Of a stretch of DNA of 64,000 bases, positions 27,451-38,048 are shown piece by piece; within the stretch, counting starts at the first letter, position 1; every line of letters starts with the position of its first letter. The notes under the pieces were generated by a model, which was not told the DNA's origin, searched no databases, and saw nothing but the letters and a program-made list of their open reading frames with translations. The DNA is from a virus (lineage: Duplodnaviria > Caudoviricetes). A program made the position numbers and the translations under genes. Location: the IMG/VR virus record IMGVR_UViG_3300017722_005389, one strand, 5' to 3'.

Positions 27451-30125
27451 TGGCTGAAAAGTATGTAGGGACAATCCCACACAAAACAAATGATTTAACA
27501 TTAAATGAAACGTCTACCGTTATTTATACGGTTGGCGGTGTGGATATTACTACAAACTTATCACCTTCAACAGGAAGATCTTATTTTCCTCCGAAGTTTT
27601 CAGATTTTACTACTTTAGAAACTGTAGGTGAAATTCCTTTGAAAAATTCATTATTTAATCCTAATAGATCTTTAAATCTTTCAATAGATAAAAGGAATGC
27701 AAAATACTTTGCAAAATATGGTTCTTTATTAGAATTAGTTAGGGTTTCTATAGAAAATATTATCTTAAAATATCCTGCTGCAATACATTCTAAAACGACT
27801 TTATTAGGTAACAGTGGGTTAAATATTCTTAATGCAGGTTACAGTTTTGTTGATGATATTACAACATTTTCAGCAAATACAAGCTATTTCTCTAATCCAT
27901 TTGGAATTTATTATCAAAATAAACTAGAATTTAATTTTAGTGATGAAAGAATTGCTATTTTAAGAAACCTTACTAAGAACTTCAACAAGTATGAAGTTAT
28001 AATTGATGGTATAGCCTATCCAATTTTGGAATTTACACCTTCAGAAAGAAGTAGTAACGATATAGTTAAAATAAAAATTCATGGAGAGCCTTTAGACCAG
28101 GGCAATAGTTCTAAAGAATTTTATATAAAACCTATCGAATCAGAAATTGTAAAATTTTATGAATCTTTAGACGAATTTGAAGAACACCTTTTGAATAGAG
28201 ATTTAGATTATGAAGCCCTTTTTAATGCAAAAAGAGAAGTTGATAGTGGATTGATATTAGAATATGTTTTATCATTAAAATTTCCTAAGATTGATAATTA
28301 TAATCTGGATATTTCAGGTAGAAATTATGAAATCTATTTAAGTGAGCTTTTAGAATACGCTAAGAATTTTGATGAAAAGGAAGGAAATATTCTAATGAGA
28401 AAATTCGTTCCAGATTCAGTTCAAAGTGTAACATTGGAAGATGTAAATTCTGCATATCCCACATACGGTGAAATTAATAGATTGTTAATTGTTTATGGAA
28501 GAGAATTTGATAAACTTAATCTTTACACCGAAGGAGTTAGATATTTAAATTCTGTTACATATTCAGGTTACGACTCTGTTCCAGAAGCATTACTACCAGA
28601 ATATATAAAAACTCTTGGATGGGATTTAGACGCTAATCCTCCAATTCCAAACAACTTACTTAAACTTTTAGGTTTAAATTCTTCATGGGTTTTCAAATCA
28701 AAAGGAACCCGAAATGCAATAGAATTTATTTTAAATTTCTTTGGAATTCCAAGAAGTATTGTTGATTTTAATGAATATGTCATAAGAGCAAAAAAACCTG
28801 TCGATGTTGAAAAACTTAAATTCTATTATTCATTACTAAGTCCTGATGCAGATTTTGATATTACAACATTACCTATTGATGAAAACGGATATCCAGTATT
28901 TATCAAAGATAATGATCAAGATTATTTTCAAAGATATGGAGAATTAGATAGAGGTTATTCTTATTTTTATAAATATTTTAACTTATTTCCAAATGGATTT
29001 ACAGGTTCCACTGTAACTTATAATGAAGAAATAAATAACTATAAAGTTTTATTTGAACAGAATTTTGATGGAACAGGTTCTACATTATCTTATTCAGTAG
29101 TAAATGAAACGCTTCTTTCAGGAGGATGCTTTCAGGTTTCAGGTGAGACCATTACAGACCCATTACCAGAAATATTTTTGGATGATTGCGGTTGCCCACT
29201 TCCAATTTCAGATAATGTAGTTAAAATATGTGTAGAACCCTATGTATTTACAGGTTGTACAAATATTATTTTAGATTTATGGTATCAATGTTCACCAACA
29301 GGTGATACGGCTGAATTAAATATTGATGTTTATGGTGGTACACCTCCATATGAAATTTTTGGTGCCACTGATGGTCAAATTGTCCCTACAGGTGAAACAT
29401 ATAATATTTATGCTGTAGATTCAAATGGATGTTCTTCAGATGTATATGAGATTTATATAGATTGCCCAGATCCTTGTCTTGATAATGATTTAGATATTGA
29501 TTTGTCATATGAATGTAATCTTGATGAATATGGAAGAAACGATGGAACTGCAACAATATCATTAAGTTTTACAGGTACAAATATTACAGCTGTTAACGAT
29601 GGGGATTTAGTTGAGCATGGAAACACTGTGTCCGTAACTGTTACCAATGAAATAGGATGCACTTTGACTAAATTTATCTACATTAATTGCCCAGAACCTG
29701 AAGTAAATCCATGTATAGATCCAATATCAATTACAGCTTCATTAGAAACTACAAGTGTTAATTTGGAAGAATGTTCAGGTAAAGTAAATGTAGTATATGA
29801 TTTAGATCCATTACCATTTGGATATATTATTGATGAAGTAACATTAACTGTAACAGTAAATGGTGATTATACAAATACAGCTATAGGGGGAGGACCAGTA
29901 GTAACCACATTTAATTCTTTAACAGGTGTAAAAACCATAGATTTAGATTTTTCATTCCTTTGTAACGATTTTGTTAGCATTCCTTCAAGTATCACATTAG
30001 ACATCACAGTTAATGCGTTATTTGTAGATGCATGTGAATATGAGGAAAATTTCTCTCTTACAGTGAATCCAAGACAACTTGGAGATTATGACGATGAAAC
30101 ACAAATAGTAAACCCAACATTATAA
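27450..30125 (+). CDS. baseplate/tail protein with C-terminal Cys-containing SprB-like modules
   Basis: FKSKGTRNAIEFILNFFGIP baseplate-wedge-like motif; VYGGTPPY...AVDSNGC modules. Confidence 0.65.
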   Translation: MAEKYVGTIPHKTNDLTLNETSTVIYTVGGVDITTNLSPSTGRSYFPPKFSDFTTLETVGEIPLKNSLFNPNRSLNLSIDKRNAKYFAKYGSLLELVRVSIENIILKYPAAIHSKTTLLGNSGLNILNAGYSFVDDITTFSANTSYFSNPFGIYYQNKLEFNFSDERIAILRNLTKNFNKYEVIIDGIAYPILEFTPSERSSNDIVKIKIHGEPLDQGNSSKEFYIKPIESEIVKFYESLDEFEEHLLNRDLDYEALFNAKREVDSGLILEYVLSLKFPKIDNYNLDISGRNYEIYLSELLEYAKNFDEKEGNILMRKFVPDSVQSVTLEDVNSAYPTYGEINRLLIVYGREFDKLNLYTEGVRYLNSVTYSGYDSVPEALLPEYIKTLGWDLDANPPIPNNLLKLLGLNSSWVFKSKGTRNAIEFILNFFGIPRSIVDFNEYVIRAKKPVDVEKLKFYYSLLSPDADFDITTLPIDENGYPVFIKDNDQDYFQRYGELDRGYSYFYKYFNLFPNGFTGSTVTYNEEINNYKVLFEQNFDGTGSTLSYSVVNETLLSGGCFQVSGETITDPLPEIFLDDCGCPLPISDNVVKICVEPYVFTGCTNIILDLWYQCSPTGDTAELNIDVYGGTPPYEIFGATDGQIVPTGETYNIYAVDSNGCSSDVYEIYIDCPDPCLDNDLDIDLSYECNLDEYGRNDGTATISLSFTGTNITAVNDGDLVEHGNTVSVTVTNEIGCTLTKFIYINCPEPEVNPCIDPISITASLETTSVNLEECSGKVNVVYDLDPLPFGYIIDEVTLTVTVNGDYTNTAIGGGPVVTTFNSLTGVKTIDLDFSFLCNDFVSIPSSITLDITVNALFVDACEYEENFSLTVNPRQLGDYDDETQIVNPTL

Positions 30126-33100
30126 TGTCTTGCCTAAGTGATTTAAGAATAAAACAAACTGTAACATATGATAGCACTCCAGATACAACAAATGGATTGT
30201 TAGATGGACAGGTATATGTTGAAATATTGAATACTTATGGAGATTTTATATCAGGTGAAGTTATTGTAAGTCAAGTAAGAGATTTACCTGTCGTAGATTT
30301 AGAAGATGAACCAATTACTGAAACACAACCTCTTACTTCAACAGGTGAAACTTTAAGTTTTAATTTTTACTATCCTTCTAATGAACCAAACAATATCGTT
30401 ATAGATATATTGGTTAAAATTAGAGTTGGTGATTGCTTTTATGAAAAGAAGTGTACCCATGTGTTATTAACACCAAATCCTTTTGAATATATCTCGTTTT
30501 GTAATGAGTTAGTTCAAGGATATGAAGTTATTTCAGGGTGTACTAATCCATTATATTATGAATACAATCCAAATGCTAATGTAGACGATGGAAGCTGCGG
30601 TATCTTAAAACCTATATTTGGTTGTTCAAATCCTTTAGCATTAAATTATAACCCTTTAGCTACATTTAATAATGGAACTTGTATTTTCAAATCTGGATGT
30701 ACAAATGCCTTGGCAATAAACTATGATTCAACTGCTGTTATTGATGATGGTTCTTGCGAATGTGGTGATATAAATATACAAATGGATTTTGGATATAGCT
30801 CTGGAGAAACTTTTGTAGTTGAACCAAATTGTCAATATCTGATCGAGTTTGATTTAATGGCAGAAATCGAATGTGGCAAACTTATAGATTATTTGAGTAA
30901 TGATACAAGAACGATCTTAGAAGTGCTGTCAGAACTAAAAATAAACGCTCAAGCACAAGTTTTAACAAATGAAGAAAATAGAATTATTGAATATACAGGT
31001 GGTACTGTTCAGTATACAGGTGAGACCTCTTATCTTTTAATACAGAATGAAAATTTATTTACTTTTGATAAAAACATTATTCCTTATGGAATTGGAATTT
31101 ATGGTGATGCAGAAGATTGTGCTTTCATAAATAATTTGATTTCTACAGAATTACAAATAGATTGTCCTGTAGAATCAGTAGTCGAACAAAGGTTTAAAAA
31201 ATCTTGGAAAAGATATACTTTTATTTTAAATTCAGATTTAATACAAACTTTTGTTAGGTTTAATTTAAATTTTCAAAATTTTGATTTTGGTTTATGTACA
31301 TACATTGATAATTTAAAACTTTCAAAACTTTGCACTATTAATCAAGAAAGATGTGTAATAATTCCAAGTAGATATGGTTTCGAATTTGATAAAATTATTG
31401 ATAATAAAAAATCTTGGGTTTATACAGAAGAAGCTTTAAATAGACTTTACGATTATCAAGGTCAAGATACTGCTTATCGAGATTTTGATTCTAGATTAAT
31501 TTTTAATACAAAAGAATTAGAATTAGTAATTAATCCTGTTAAATATATTGAATCAGATGTATTAGAATATTATAACTATTATAGTAGGTTTTTCAATGAT
31601 ATTGATGAAAGATATACCGAATTAACAATGAATAGAATTCAATTTGAATCCATTAATGTTATAGGTAGACAATACATAAGACAATACCCATATCTCCAAA
31701 GCATTTATGAGCAATATTTGGATGGACTTGACTGTGCCCCTTCGAAAGCTTTGGATTATCCTTATGGATTAGAAATTATTAATAGAACTGGTGATTATTG
31801 GTATAGTGCGGTAAAACAATTGATACCTGCAACTTCCATTTGGAATGAAGCAAAACATATTTTAAAAAATAACGTATTCCACAAACCAAAACATGTGTAT
31901 AAAAAATATACATTAGGAGGTTCAAGTGATACAGATATAGCTCCACCATCAGGTGTAACGATTGCATGTAATACTTTATCAAATACATGTCTTAGTGAAC
32001 CATTTTCAAGCATCGATAATTTTTTGAATTTTAATTTTGGAAATGTTGAATGTACTTCAATTTATTCAGGAGGAACTTTTGGATATTCAGGTGGCAGTGG
32101 AGATGGAAATTTCTCTGGAAAATTAGTTCAATTCAGTACTAATGCAAGTGGCGATACAACTATTGAAAATTATTTTGGTTTTGATGATTACCTTTGTATA
32201 ACTGGAAATCCAAACGATATTTGTACAAATGCTAATATAAATATAGAATTAGATTACACTTGCGGAACTTATGTAGAATTAGGTGAAACTTTAAATACAG
32301 GTTATGCAAGTTTATCAGTAAATGTTTCAGGTGGCGAAGCTCCATATACAATAACAGGAGCAAACGATGGTGATACAGTTGAACATGGACAAACAGTATT
32401 AGTAGTAGTTACTGATGCTAACGGATGTAATGCCAAAAAAGATATATATATTAATTGCCCACCTGATTGCGGACCTATAATTACAACTCTAATTTTAACT
32501 CAAGATTGTGATACTGAACTTGGAAATAATACTGGATTTGCAACCATAGATTACACTGTAGGTGGAGGATTAGCTCCGTATAATGTCACAGGAACCGTGA
32601 ATGGAGTACCATTTGATCCAGATGCTAAGAATACATTTGAACATGGAGATGTTATTATAGTTACAGCTACAGATTCAACACTATGTTCACCTGCTGAGGC
32701 TATATTAGTGATAAATTGCCCAACTAATGATTGTAGTACTACAGATATAAATATTTCATTAAGTGCAGAATGTGATACAAATGGATGTGGTCAAACAGTT
32801 GGAACTGCTACATTATCTGTTTCTGCATCAGGTGGCGTTGCACCATATACATTCTATGATGCGATATCAAACACTTTTGTAACAAATGGTCAAACAGTTC
32901 TTGATGGAAGATATTTATATATCTATGCAATGGATGCAAATGGTTGTATTTCTGATTTATACCCATTAACAGTTTCATGTGATAATTGCAGTTCTTATGC
33001 TGAAGATTTAACGTTAAGAACTAGAATTGTCAATGTATTATTCTCTGGAAATAATGCACAATTTAGATTAGATTATACTATAGGTGGTATATTAGCTTCA

Positions 33101-33355
33101 GAACTTAGTTCAATCAATTATACAATAAACGCTGTTCCTGGTAATATAACAACAGGTTCATCAATCAATAGAACATCTTTAACTGGAAATAATATACAGA
33201 TTGCTGTAAATTATAGCCCAGATCCTTCACAGGATACAATATTTACATATACAGCTGTTATAACATTAACTAATGGTTGCACCTTTGAATACACAGGTTT
33301 TTTAAATGTACTATTAGAATCTAACGACCAAGAAACAATAAACTTTATTTGCTAA
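30125..33355 (+). CDS. Cys-rich tail/adhesin-like virion protein with GC..DDGSC and SprB-like repeats
   Basis: Three GCxN...DDGSC repeats; SGGEAPY/GGGLAPY/SGGVAPY modules, two ending in DANGC. Confidence 0.7.
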   Translation: MSCLSDLRIKQTVTYDSTPDTTNGLLDGQVYVEILNTYGDFISGEVIVSQVRDLPVVDLEDEPITETQPLTSTGETLSFNFYYPSNEPNNIVIDILVKIRVGDCFYEKKCTHVLLTPNPFEYISFCNELVQGYEVISGCTNPLYYEYNPNANVDDGSCGILKPIFGCSNPLALNYNPLATFNNGTCIFKSGCTNALAINYDSTAVIDDGSCECGDINIQMDFGYSSGETFVVEPNCQYLIEFDLMAEIECGKLIDYLSNDTRTILEVLSELKINAQAQVLTNEENRIIEYTGGTVQYTGETSYLLIQNENLFTFDKNIIPYGIGIYGDAEDCAFINNLISTELQIDCPVESVVEQRFKKSWKRYTFILNSDLIQTFVRFNLNFQNFDFGLCTYIDNLKLSKLCTINQERCVIIPSRYGFEFDKIIDNKKSWVYTEEALNRLYDYQGQDTAYRDFDSRLIFNTKELELVINPVKYIESDVLEYYNYYSRFFNDIDERYTELTMNRIQFESINVIGRQYIRQYPYLQSIYEQYLDGLDCAPSKALDYPYGLEIINRTGDYWYSAVKQLIPATSIWNEAKHILKNNVFHKPKHVYKKYTLGGSSDTDIAPPSGVTIACNTLSNTCLSEPFSSIDNFLNFNFGNVECTSIYSGGTFGYSGGSGDGNFSGKLVQFSTNASGDTTIENYFGFDDYLCITGNPNDICTNANINIELDYTCGTYVELGETLNTGYASLSVNVSGGEAPYTITGANDGDTVEHGQTVLVVVTDANGCNAKKDIYINCPPDCGPIITTLILTQDCDTELGNNTGFATIDYTVGGGLAPYNVTGTVNGVPFDPDAKNTFEHGDVIIVTATDSTLCSPAEAILVINCPTNDCSTTDINISLSAECDTNGCGQTVGTATLSVSASGGVAPYTFYDAISNTFVTNGQTVLDGRYLYIYAMDANGCISDLYPLTVSCDNCSSYAEDLTLRTRIVNVLFSGNNAQFRLDYTIGGILASELSSINYTINAVPGNITTGSSINRTSLTGNNIQIAVNYSPDPSQDTIFTYTAVITLTNGCTFEYTGFLNVLLESNDQETINFIC
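30536..30760 (+). repeat. three tandem GCxNxxAxNYxxxAxxDDGSC peptide repeats
   Basis: GCTNPLYYEYNPNANVDDGSC / GCSNPLALNYNPLATFNNGTC / GCTNALAINYDSTAVIDDGSC. Confidence 0.85.
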
Positions 33356-33356
33356 C

Positions 33357-35441
33357 ATGTCATACATAATCGAGAAAAAAAACCCATTAATCCTAACGAA
33401 GCTAACAGCCAAAGGAAGACAAAAGCTTGCAAAAGGAGCTTTAACTTGGAGTTATTGGTCTTTAGGAGATTCAGAAGTAGATTACAAAAATATTAATTTG
33501 GTTCCAACAGAATTAGGAACATTAAATATTTTGAAACCTAAAGATTTTCAACCGAATACAAAAACTTTTATTGAGAAAGTTGATTGTAGTATTCTTATAC
33601 CAATTGAACCTGCCGAAAGACAAGTTATTGAATGCTGTGTTAAAAACAAAGCTATCGAAAGAGGATTTTTCTCTGGCACTACAGATGAATTAATAACTTC
33701 ATCAAACTACATAAAAACCTATGGAAAAGTAAATCTTTCTCAATTCAATGGAACTGCAACTATTGATATAGGAACAGTTGATTTTAATGATGGTGATTAT
33801 ATTCTATTTAAAATAGCTAAACCTACTACAGGTGATTTATCTTATTCAGAAACTGAAGCAGCTGTACTTTATCTTTGGTATAAAATTGAAAAAACTCCAT
33901 TGTCAACAATTATTACCGTAGATAGATATTTGCCTTATTTTTCATTTTTAACAAATGTACCTGTGAACTTCTATATTTTCCCTGGAGGTGAATCTATTAC
34001 AGAATTTTATGGAAGTGGCTCAACTATACCTTATTGGAATAATGAAACCTTAGAATTCATAAGTAACTGTGATCTTTCTAAAGAAGATGTTAATGTTCTC
34101 AACATGAATAATGTTTGGAATGAAACTATGGCTGGAACTCAATCAGCTTATGAATGGTACAAATATTACGGCTCAATGGATTATATTGGGCAGAAAGAAT
34201 ATTTAGGATATAATATAGATTGCCCAGAAGTTATAGAAGCCCCTACAGATTGCGAAGACAGACTTTTAAGTGTGTATGATGATTATGTAAAAGGTATTGG
34301 AATTATCCATTTTACAAATCTAAATATTTCAAATGATTATGGTGAAAAATTCCATATTGACCATGATTTAGATGAATTTTTAACCATAAAGATGCCAACA
34401 ATTATGTGGCATAGAAGATGGTTTGGAGGTTCCAATGTTGGAAATATCATAGGGATGAATTTTATAAGTTCTGGAGCTTTAAAAGAAGTTCAAAACAGCA
34501 ACATTACATACTACGATTTGATCGAAGACCCTGCTTTTATCAATCCATCAGGAACGACAATGATTGTTGGAAGAGTTTATCCAGACTTAAAGATTGTAAC
34601 TATTCATGATGAAGAATTACTTGCAACAATGTCTTATAAAGCCAGCAGAAATTTTACTTTACCAAGATTAGATGGTAGAATGATATTTCCTTTGAATGGA
34701 TTAGGAACAGGTGTACTTGCAAAAGGTAAAACTATGTATATGACATATGTATTAGAAGCAAATAATGGGCTTCAATACTTTTTACCTCAGCAGAAATATA
34801 CTAAGTTCATTAATAATTCTAAAATCGATAGAGATATTGAATTTTCTATAGAAGATACAGGTCTTCTTCCATATATGAGACAATTAGAGCAAGGAGGTTA
34901 CGATGGATTAGGATTTTATGCCAATAGATTTAAAGTTCTTGTGCAAATTGTAGATAATCCTGATGATAGACCTGAACCTGAAAATTGGGTAGCTTTGAAT
35001 TACACTTCAAACAATATCACTTATGTGAATAACTATACAATTAATCCAATACTTTTTGAAAATCAAAATATACAAGAAACTGGATTTATTCTAAATAAAA
35101 CAAAATATCTCACAGGAACAGTTTATAACCTTAGCAACCTTCAAATCCCACTTTTGAATTGCCCTGAAGACCTTCAATTTGGAGATGAAAGATTTTTCTT
35201 TGGAAATTTAGATACTTTCATTGGAGCTTGCATTTACAGAACAGTATTTAAACTTATTATTGATGTAAATGAATATGTTAAATCAAGTAATCCTACTTGG
35301 ACTGATGGAAATGACTTTTATTTTACAGAAGTTGGTCTTTATGATGAAGACCAAGAACTCGTTGCTATAACAAAAATGAGTAGACCTGTAAAAATGGATC
35401 AAAACACTAAATTTGCATTAGAAATTTCTTTGGATTTTTAA
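33357..35441 (+). CDS. tail collar / fibre-attachment baseplate protein
   Basis: N-terminal LTAKGRQKLAKG...SLGDSEVDY and C-terminal FTEVGLYDEDQELVAITKMSRPV, typical of tail-collar (DUF3751-like) domains. Confidence 0.7.
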   Translation: MSYIIEKKNPLILTKLTAKGRQKLAKGALTWSYWSLGDSEVDYKNINLVPTELGTLNILKPKDFQPNTKTFIEKVDCSILIPIEPAERQVIECCVKNKAIERGFFSGTTDELITSSNYIKTYGKVNLSQFNGTATIDIGTVDFNDGDYILFKIAKPTTGDLSYSETEAAVLYLWYKIEKTPLSTIITVDRYLPYFSFLTNVPVNFYIFPGGESITEFYGSGSTIPYWNNETLEFISNCDLSKEDVNVLNMNNVWNETMAGTQSAYEWYKYYGSMDYIGQKEYLGYNIDCPEVIEAPTDCEDRLLSVYDDYVKGIGIIHFTNLNISNDYGEKFHIDHDLDEFLTIKMPTIMWHRRWFGGSNVGNIIGMNFISSGALKEVQNSNITYYDLIEDPAFINPSGTTMIVGRVYPDLKIVTIHDEELLATMSYKASRNFTLPRLDGRMIFPLNGLGTGVLAKGKTMYMTYVLEANNGLQYFLPQQKYTKFINNSKIDRDIEFSIEDTGLLPYMRQLEQGGYDGLGFYANRFKVLVQIVDNPDDRPEPENWVALNYTSNNITYVNNYTINPILFENQNIQETGFILNKTKYLTGTVYNLSNLQIPLLNCPEDLQFGDERFFFGNLDTFIGACIYRTVFKLIIDVNEYVKSSNPTWTDGNDFYFTEVGLYDEDQELVAITKMSRPVKMDQNTKFALEISLDF

Positions 35442-35452
35442 CTATAAAAGAA

Positions 35453-35460
35453 TATTTATA
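35453..35460 (+). promoter_or_regulatory. TATTTATA putative late promoter
   Basis: 12 nt upstream of ATG 35473. Confidence 0.55.
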
Positions 35461-35472
35461 TAAAAATAAAAC

Positions 35473-36225
35473 ATGAAAATTAAATTAAGCGAACTAAGAC
35501 AAATTGTTAAGTCGATTATTAAAGAACAGAGTGGAACTACAACACCTACACCACCAAATATTAATGCGGATTTGACAAAAATGAAAAATGTACCTGTTAG
35601 ATGGTATTTAGATGAGGGAAATACTAAGCCTTTTATGATAATGACAATTAAAAATATTATACCTTCTGGAGATAGAATTAAAATTGAAGGCTTATGGGAA
35701 GGTGCACCAAATACTTCTAATTCAAATATGACTTTAATATGTGCAAATAATTTTGTTTTATATAGAGATCTTAGCAGAGACGAACTTGTTAAACTATATA
35801 ACACAAAATACATTGAAAAATTAAAAGCTCTACTTTGCACAAAAAGTGCAGGAGGGTTAGAAGTTACTAATATCGGTGATTATTCTTCAACAACTTCAAA
35901 AGCTCCAATGAATGTTGCGGAATCCAAAAGAAAACTAACTAATGTTATAAGACAAGTTATTAAGGAACAAAATCTCACTAAAGAAAAACACCTTGTAATG
36001 GGTGGTGCTACAGAACTTTTTGAGAAAAATGGATATACTATAAAAAGATCAAGTGGTTCTCCATCTGAAGGAGGGGTTGTAGAATTATCAAATGGTGAAA
36101 ATACCGTTATTTTAAAAAGCTCAAATATTTCAAATACTATTCAAGTGAATGGTGGCAAAGTTTTTAAATATAGTACTGTAAATGACCAACAATTTAAAAT
36201 TGCAACTATGGCATTAGGTTTATAA
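35473..36225 (+). CDS. leader-motif protein with two xLRQ(I/V)IKEQ-like segments, putative head-internal polyprotein
   Basis: MKIKLSELRQIVKSIIKEQ at the N-terminus and ESKRKLTNVIRQVIKEQ internally. Confidence 0.65.
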   Translation: MKIKLSELRQIVKSIIKEQSGTTTPTPPNINADLTKMKNVPVRWYLDEGNTKPFMIMTIKNIIPSGDRIKIEGLWEGAPNTSNSNMTLICANNFVLYRDLSRDELVKLYNTKYIEKLKALLCTKSAGGLEVTNIGDYSSTTSKAPMNVAESKRKLTNVIRQVIKEQNLTKEKHLVMGGATELFEKNGYTIKRSSGSPSEGGVVELSNGENTVILKSSNISNTIQVNGGKVFKYSTVNDQQFKIATMALGL

Positions 36226-36259
36226 TTTGAAATAATAATTAACAATAAATCAAAAAACA

Positions 36260-36287
36260 AAAAAACCTTTAAATTTAAAGGTTTTTT
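36260..36287. terminator. palindromic terminator
   Basis: AAAAAACCTTTAAA/TTTAAAGGTTTTTT perfect 28-bp palindrome. Confidence 0.75.
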
Positions 36288-36322
36288 GTTTTTATAAGAA
36301 ACTGTTATATTATAAATAAAAA

Positions 36323-37135
36323 ATGGAACCAAAATATATTCTTTCTTTAGATGTAAGCACTTCTACATTAGGCATCAGCCTTTTCGAAGACATGGGTGAT
36401 CATGGTAGATTGGCAATTTTAACACATTTTGAACCTAAAATAAATCCAGAACCCCCTACGCAACTTGAACGTTTAAAAGAAAAAGCTGACCTTTGTGTTC
36501 AAAAAATTTCACAAGATTTTGCTGAATATAATATCTGTAGCATCATAGTCGAAAAACCGTTGTTAAATTCTATTTCACAGAAGATTGCAAAACTTCTTGA
36601 GATATTTAATGAATACTTCACAAAACAACTTTCAACCAAAATGAATGTCAAAGTTGACTTTATAACTGTTGATGATGCAAGAAGATATGCTTTACCTGAA
36701 TTGTTGGGAAAGAATGGTAAAATGATGTCAGATTTCCCAAAGAAAATTGCAGATCTCGGAAAGAATGAATGGAGTAAATTCCTTATTATGTATTTGGTTA
36801 GCCAAAGATATCCTAAAATCAAGTGGTTGCTAAATTCTACCTTAAAAGTAAATAAAAAGAATTTTGATAGAGCTGATAGTGTTGTAGCTGGACTTGGTTA
36901 TATGATAAAAGAAGGTTATTGGTCTAAAATGGCAGATAAAGCATTTTGGGAAGAGTCTGATTTTTCTTATGAGAAATGTGTAGAAATCATAGAAAAAAAT
37001 GTAGCCTATGAGAAATTTGCTTCAGAGTTTATTGATAAAAACAAAGATTTAGCTCCAGAAGATAAACTAAAAGTCAAAAAGAAATATTTGAGTGAACTTT
37101 TTGAAATACAAAAATATTTGAATGTTGAATTGTAA
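36323..37135 (+). CDS. RuvC-like Holliday junction resolvase
   Basis: ILSLDVSTSTLG, IIVEKP, FDRADSVVAGL acidic RNase H-fold motifs. Confidence 0.8.
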   Translation: MEPKYILSLDVSTSTLGISLFEDMGDHGRLAILTHFEPKINPEPPTQLERLKEKADLCVQKISQDFAEYNICSIIVEKPLLNSISQKIAKLLEIFNEYFTKQLSTKMNVKVDFITVDDARRYALPELLGKNGKMMSDFPKKIADLGKNEWSKFLIMYLVSQRYPKIKWLLNSTLKVNKKNFDRADSVVAGLGYMIKEGYWSKMADKAFWEESDFSYEKCVEIIEKNVAYEKFASEFIDKNKDLAPEDKLKVKKKYLSELFEIQKYLNVEL

Positions 37136-37152
37136 ATTATATTAAATTCATG

Positions 37153-37160
37153 TATTTATA
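37153..37160 (+). promoter_or_regulatory. TATTTATA putative promoter
   Basis: Only 3 nt upstream of ATG 37164. Confidence 0.35.
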
Positions 37161-37163
37161 TGT

Positions 37164-37604
37164 ATGAAGGTAGTTATAAATGACAAAAAATTCAAAGTAA
37201 AAGTTCAAAATTCTCCAAGAGAGATAGAAAGGGGGATGATGTATAAAACGTTTGATAATTCTTTCAATGGAATGTTATTCGTTATGAATTCAAAAGAACA
37301 TTCTTTTTGGATGAAAAATTGTATTATTCCTTTGGATATTATTTTTATCAATGGAGATAAAATAACAAAAATCCATCATAACTGCCCACCTTGTGAAGAC
37401 GAACCTTGTAAAGCCTATAATGGTAGAGGTAATTATGCTTTAGAATTAAAAGGTGGCACTTGCAAAAATTTAGGAATAAAAACAGGTGATATTGTTTCAT
37501 TGCCATCACATCTTCATGCCAATAAGAACGATGAAAATTCAAAATTAAAAAATCTTGTAAAAAAGATAGTCAAAGAGGAATTAAAAAATAAAAAGTTATT
37601 CTAA
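37164..37604 (+). CDS. DUF192 family protein with C-terminal LVKKIVKEEL motif
   Basis: IERGMMYK, GMLFVM, FWMKNCIIPLDIIFI, YALELKGG. Confidence 0.9.
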   Translation: MKVVINDKKFKVKVQNSPREIERGMMYKTFDNSFNGMLFVMNSKEHSFWMKNCIIPLDIIFINGDKITKIHHNCPPCEDEPCKAYNGRGNYALELKGGTCKNLGIKTGDIVSLPSHLHANKNDENSKLKNLVKKIVKEELKNKKLF

Positions 37605-37608
37605 AAGA

Positions 37609-37616
37609 TATTTATA
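37609..37616 (+). promoter_or_regulatory. TATTTATA putative late promoter
   Basis: 11 nt upstream of ATG 37628. Confidence 0.55.
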
Positions 37617-37627
37617 TTAAAAATAAT

Positions 37628-37969
37628 ATGAAAATTAGATTAAGCGAATTAAGACAAATTATTAAATCTGTTATTAAAGAACAAAGTACCACAGGAGAAA
37701 ACATTTGTTCTAAATTTATATTAATTAGTAAAGACCAATTTATGAAAGAAGCATCAAAACTTTCATTAAATACTGGTAGTGATACTGATGAAGCTAAAGT
37801 TACTGTTATGAATAGCAAAAAAATTTATAAGTTTAATGGTACTAAAGATGAAGCAAATAAAAATTTATCATGTATCGGTATGAAAATGGGTGTAAGTAAT
37901 TATGATTATTACGAGCCAGGTTTATATTCAAAACAAAAACCAGGATATTTTTATATAGGCGTTTACTAA
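37628..37969 (+). CDS. leader-motif protein (MKIRLSELRQIIKSVIKEQ)
   Basis: First ~60 nt near-identical to those of gene 35473; remainder unrelated. Confidence 0.7.
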   Translation: MKIRLSELRQIIKSVIKEQSTTGENICSKFILISKDQFMKEASKLSLNTGSDTDEAKVTVMNSKKIYKFNGTKDEANKNLSCIGMKMGVSNYDYYEPGLYSKQKPGYFYIGVY

Positions 37970-37987
37970 ATAATAAAATTTTTAAAT

Positions 37988-38021
37988 AAAACCTCTTTGG
38001 AACTTTCTAAAGAGGTTTTTT
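37988..38021 (+). terminator. Rho-independent terminator
   Basis: AAAACCTCTTT...AAAGAGGTTTT plus T tract. Confidence 0.75.
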
Positions 38022-38048
38022 GTTTCCAAAGAAACAAAATAGTTTTTG

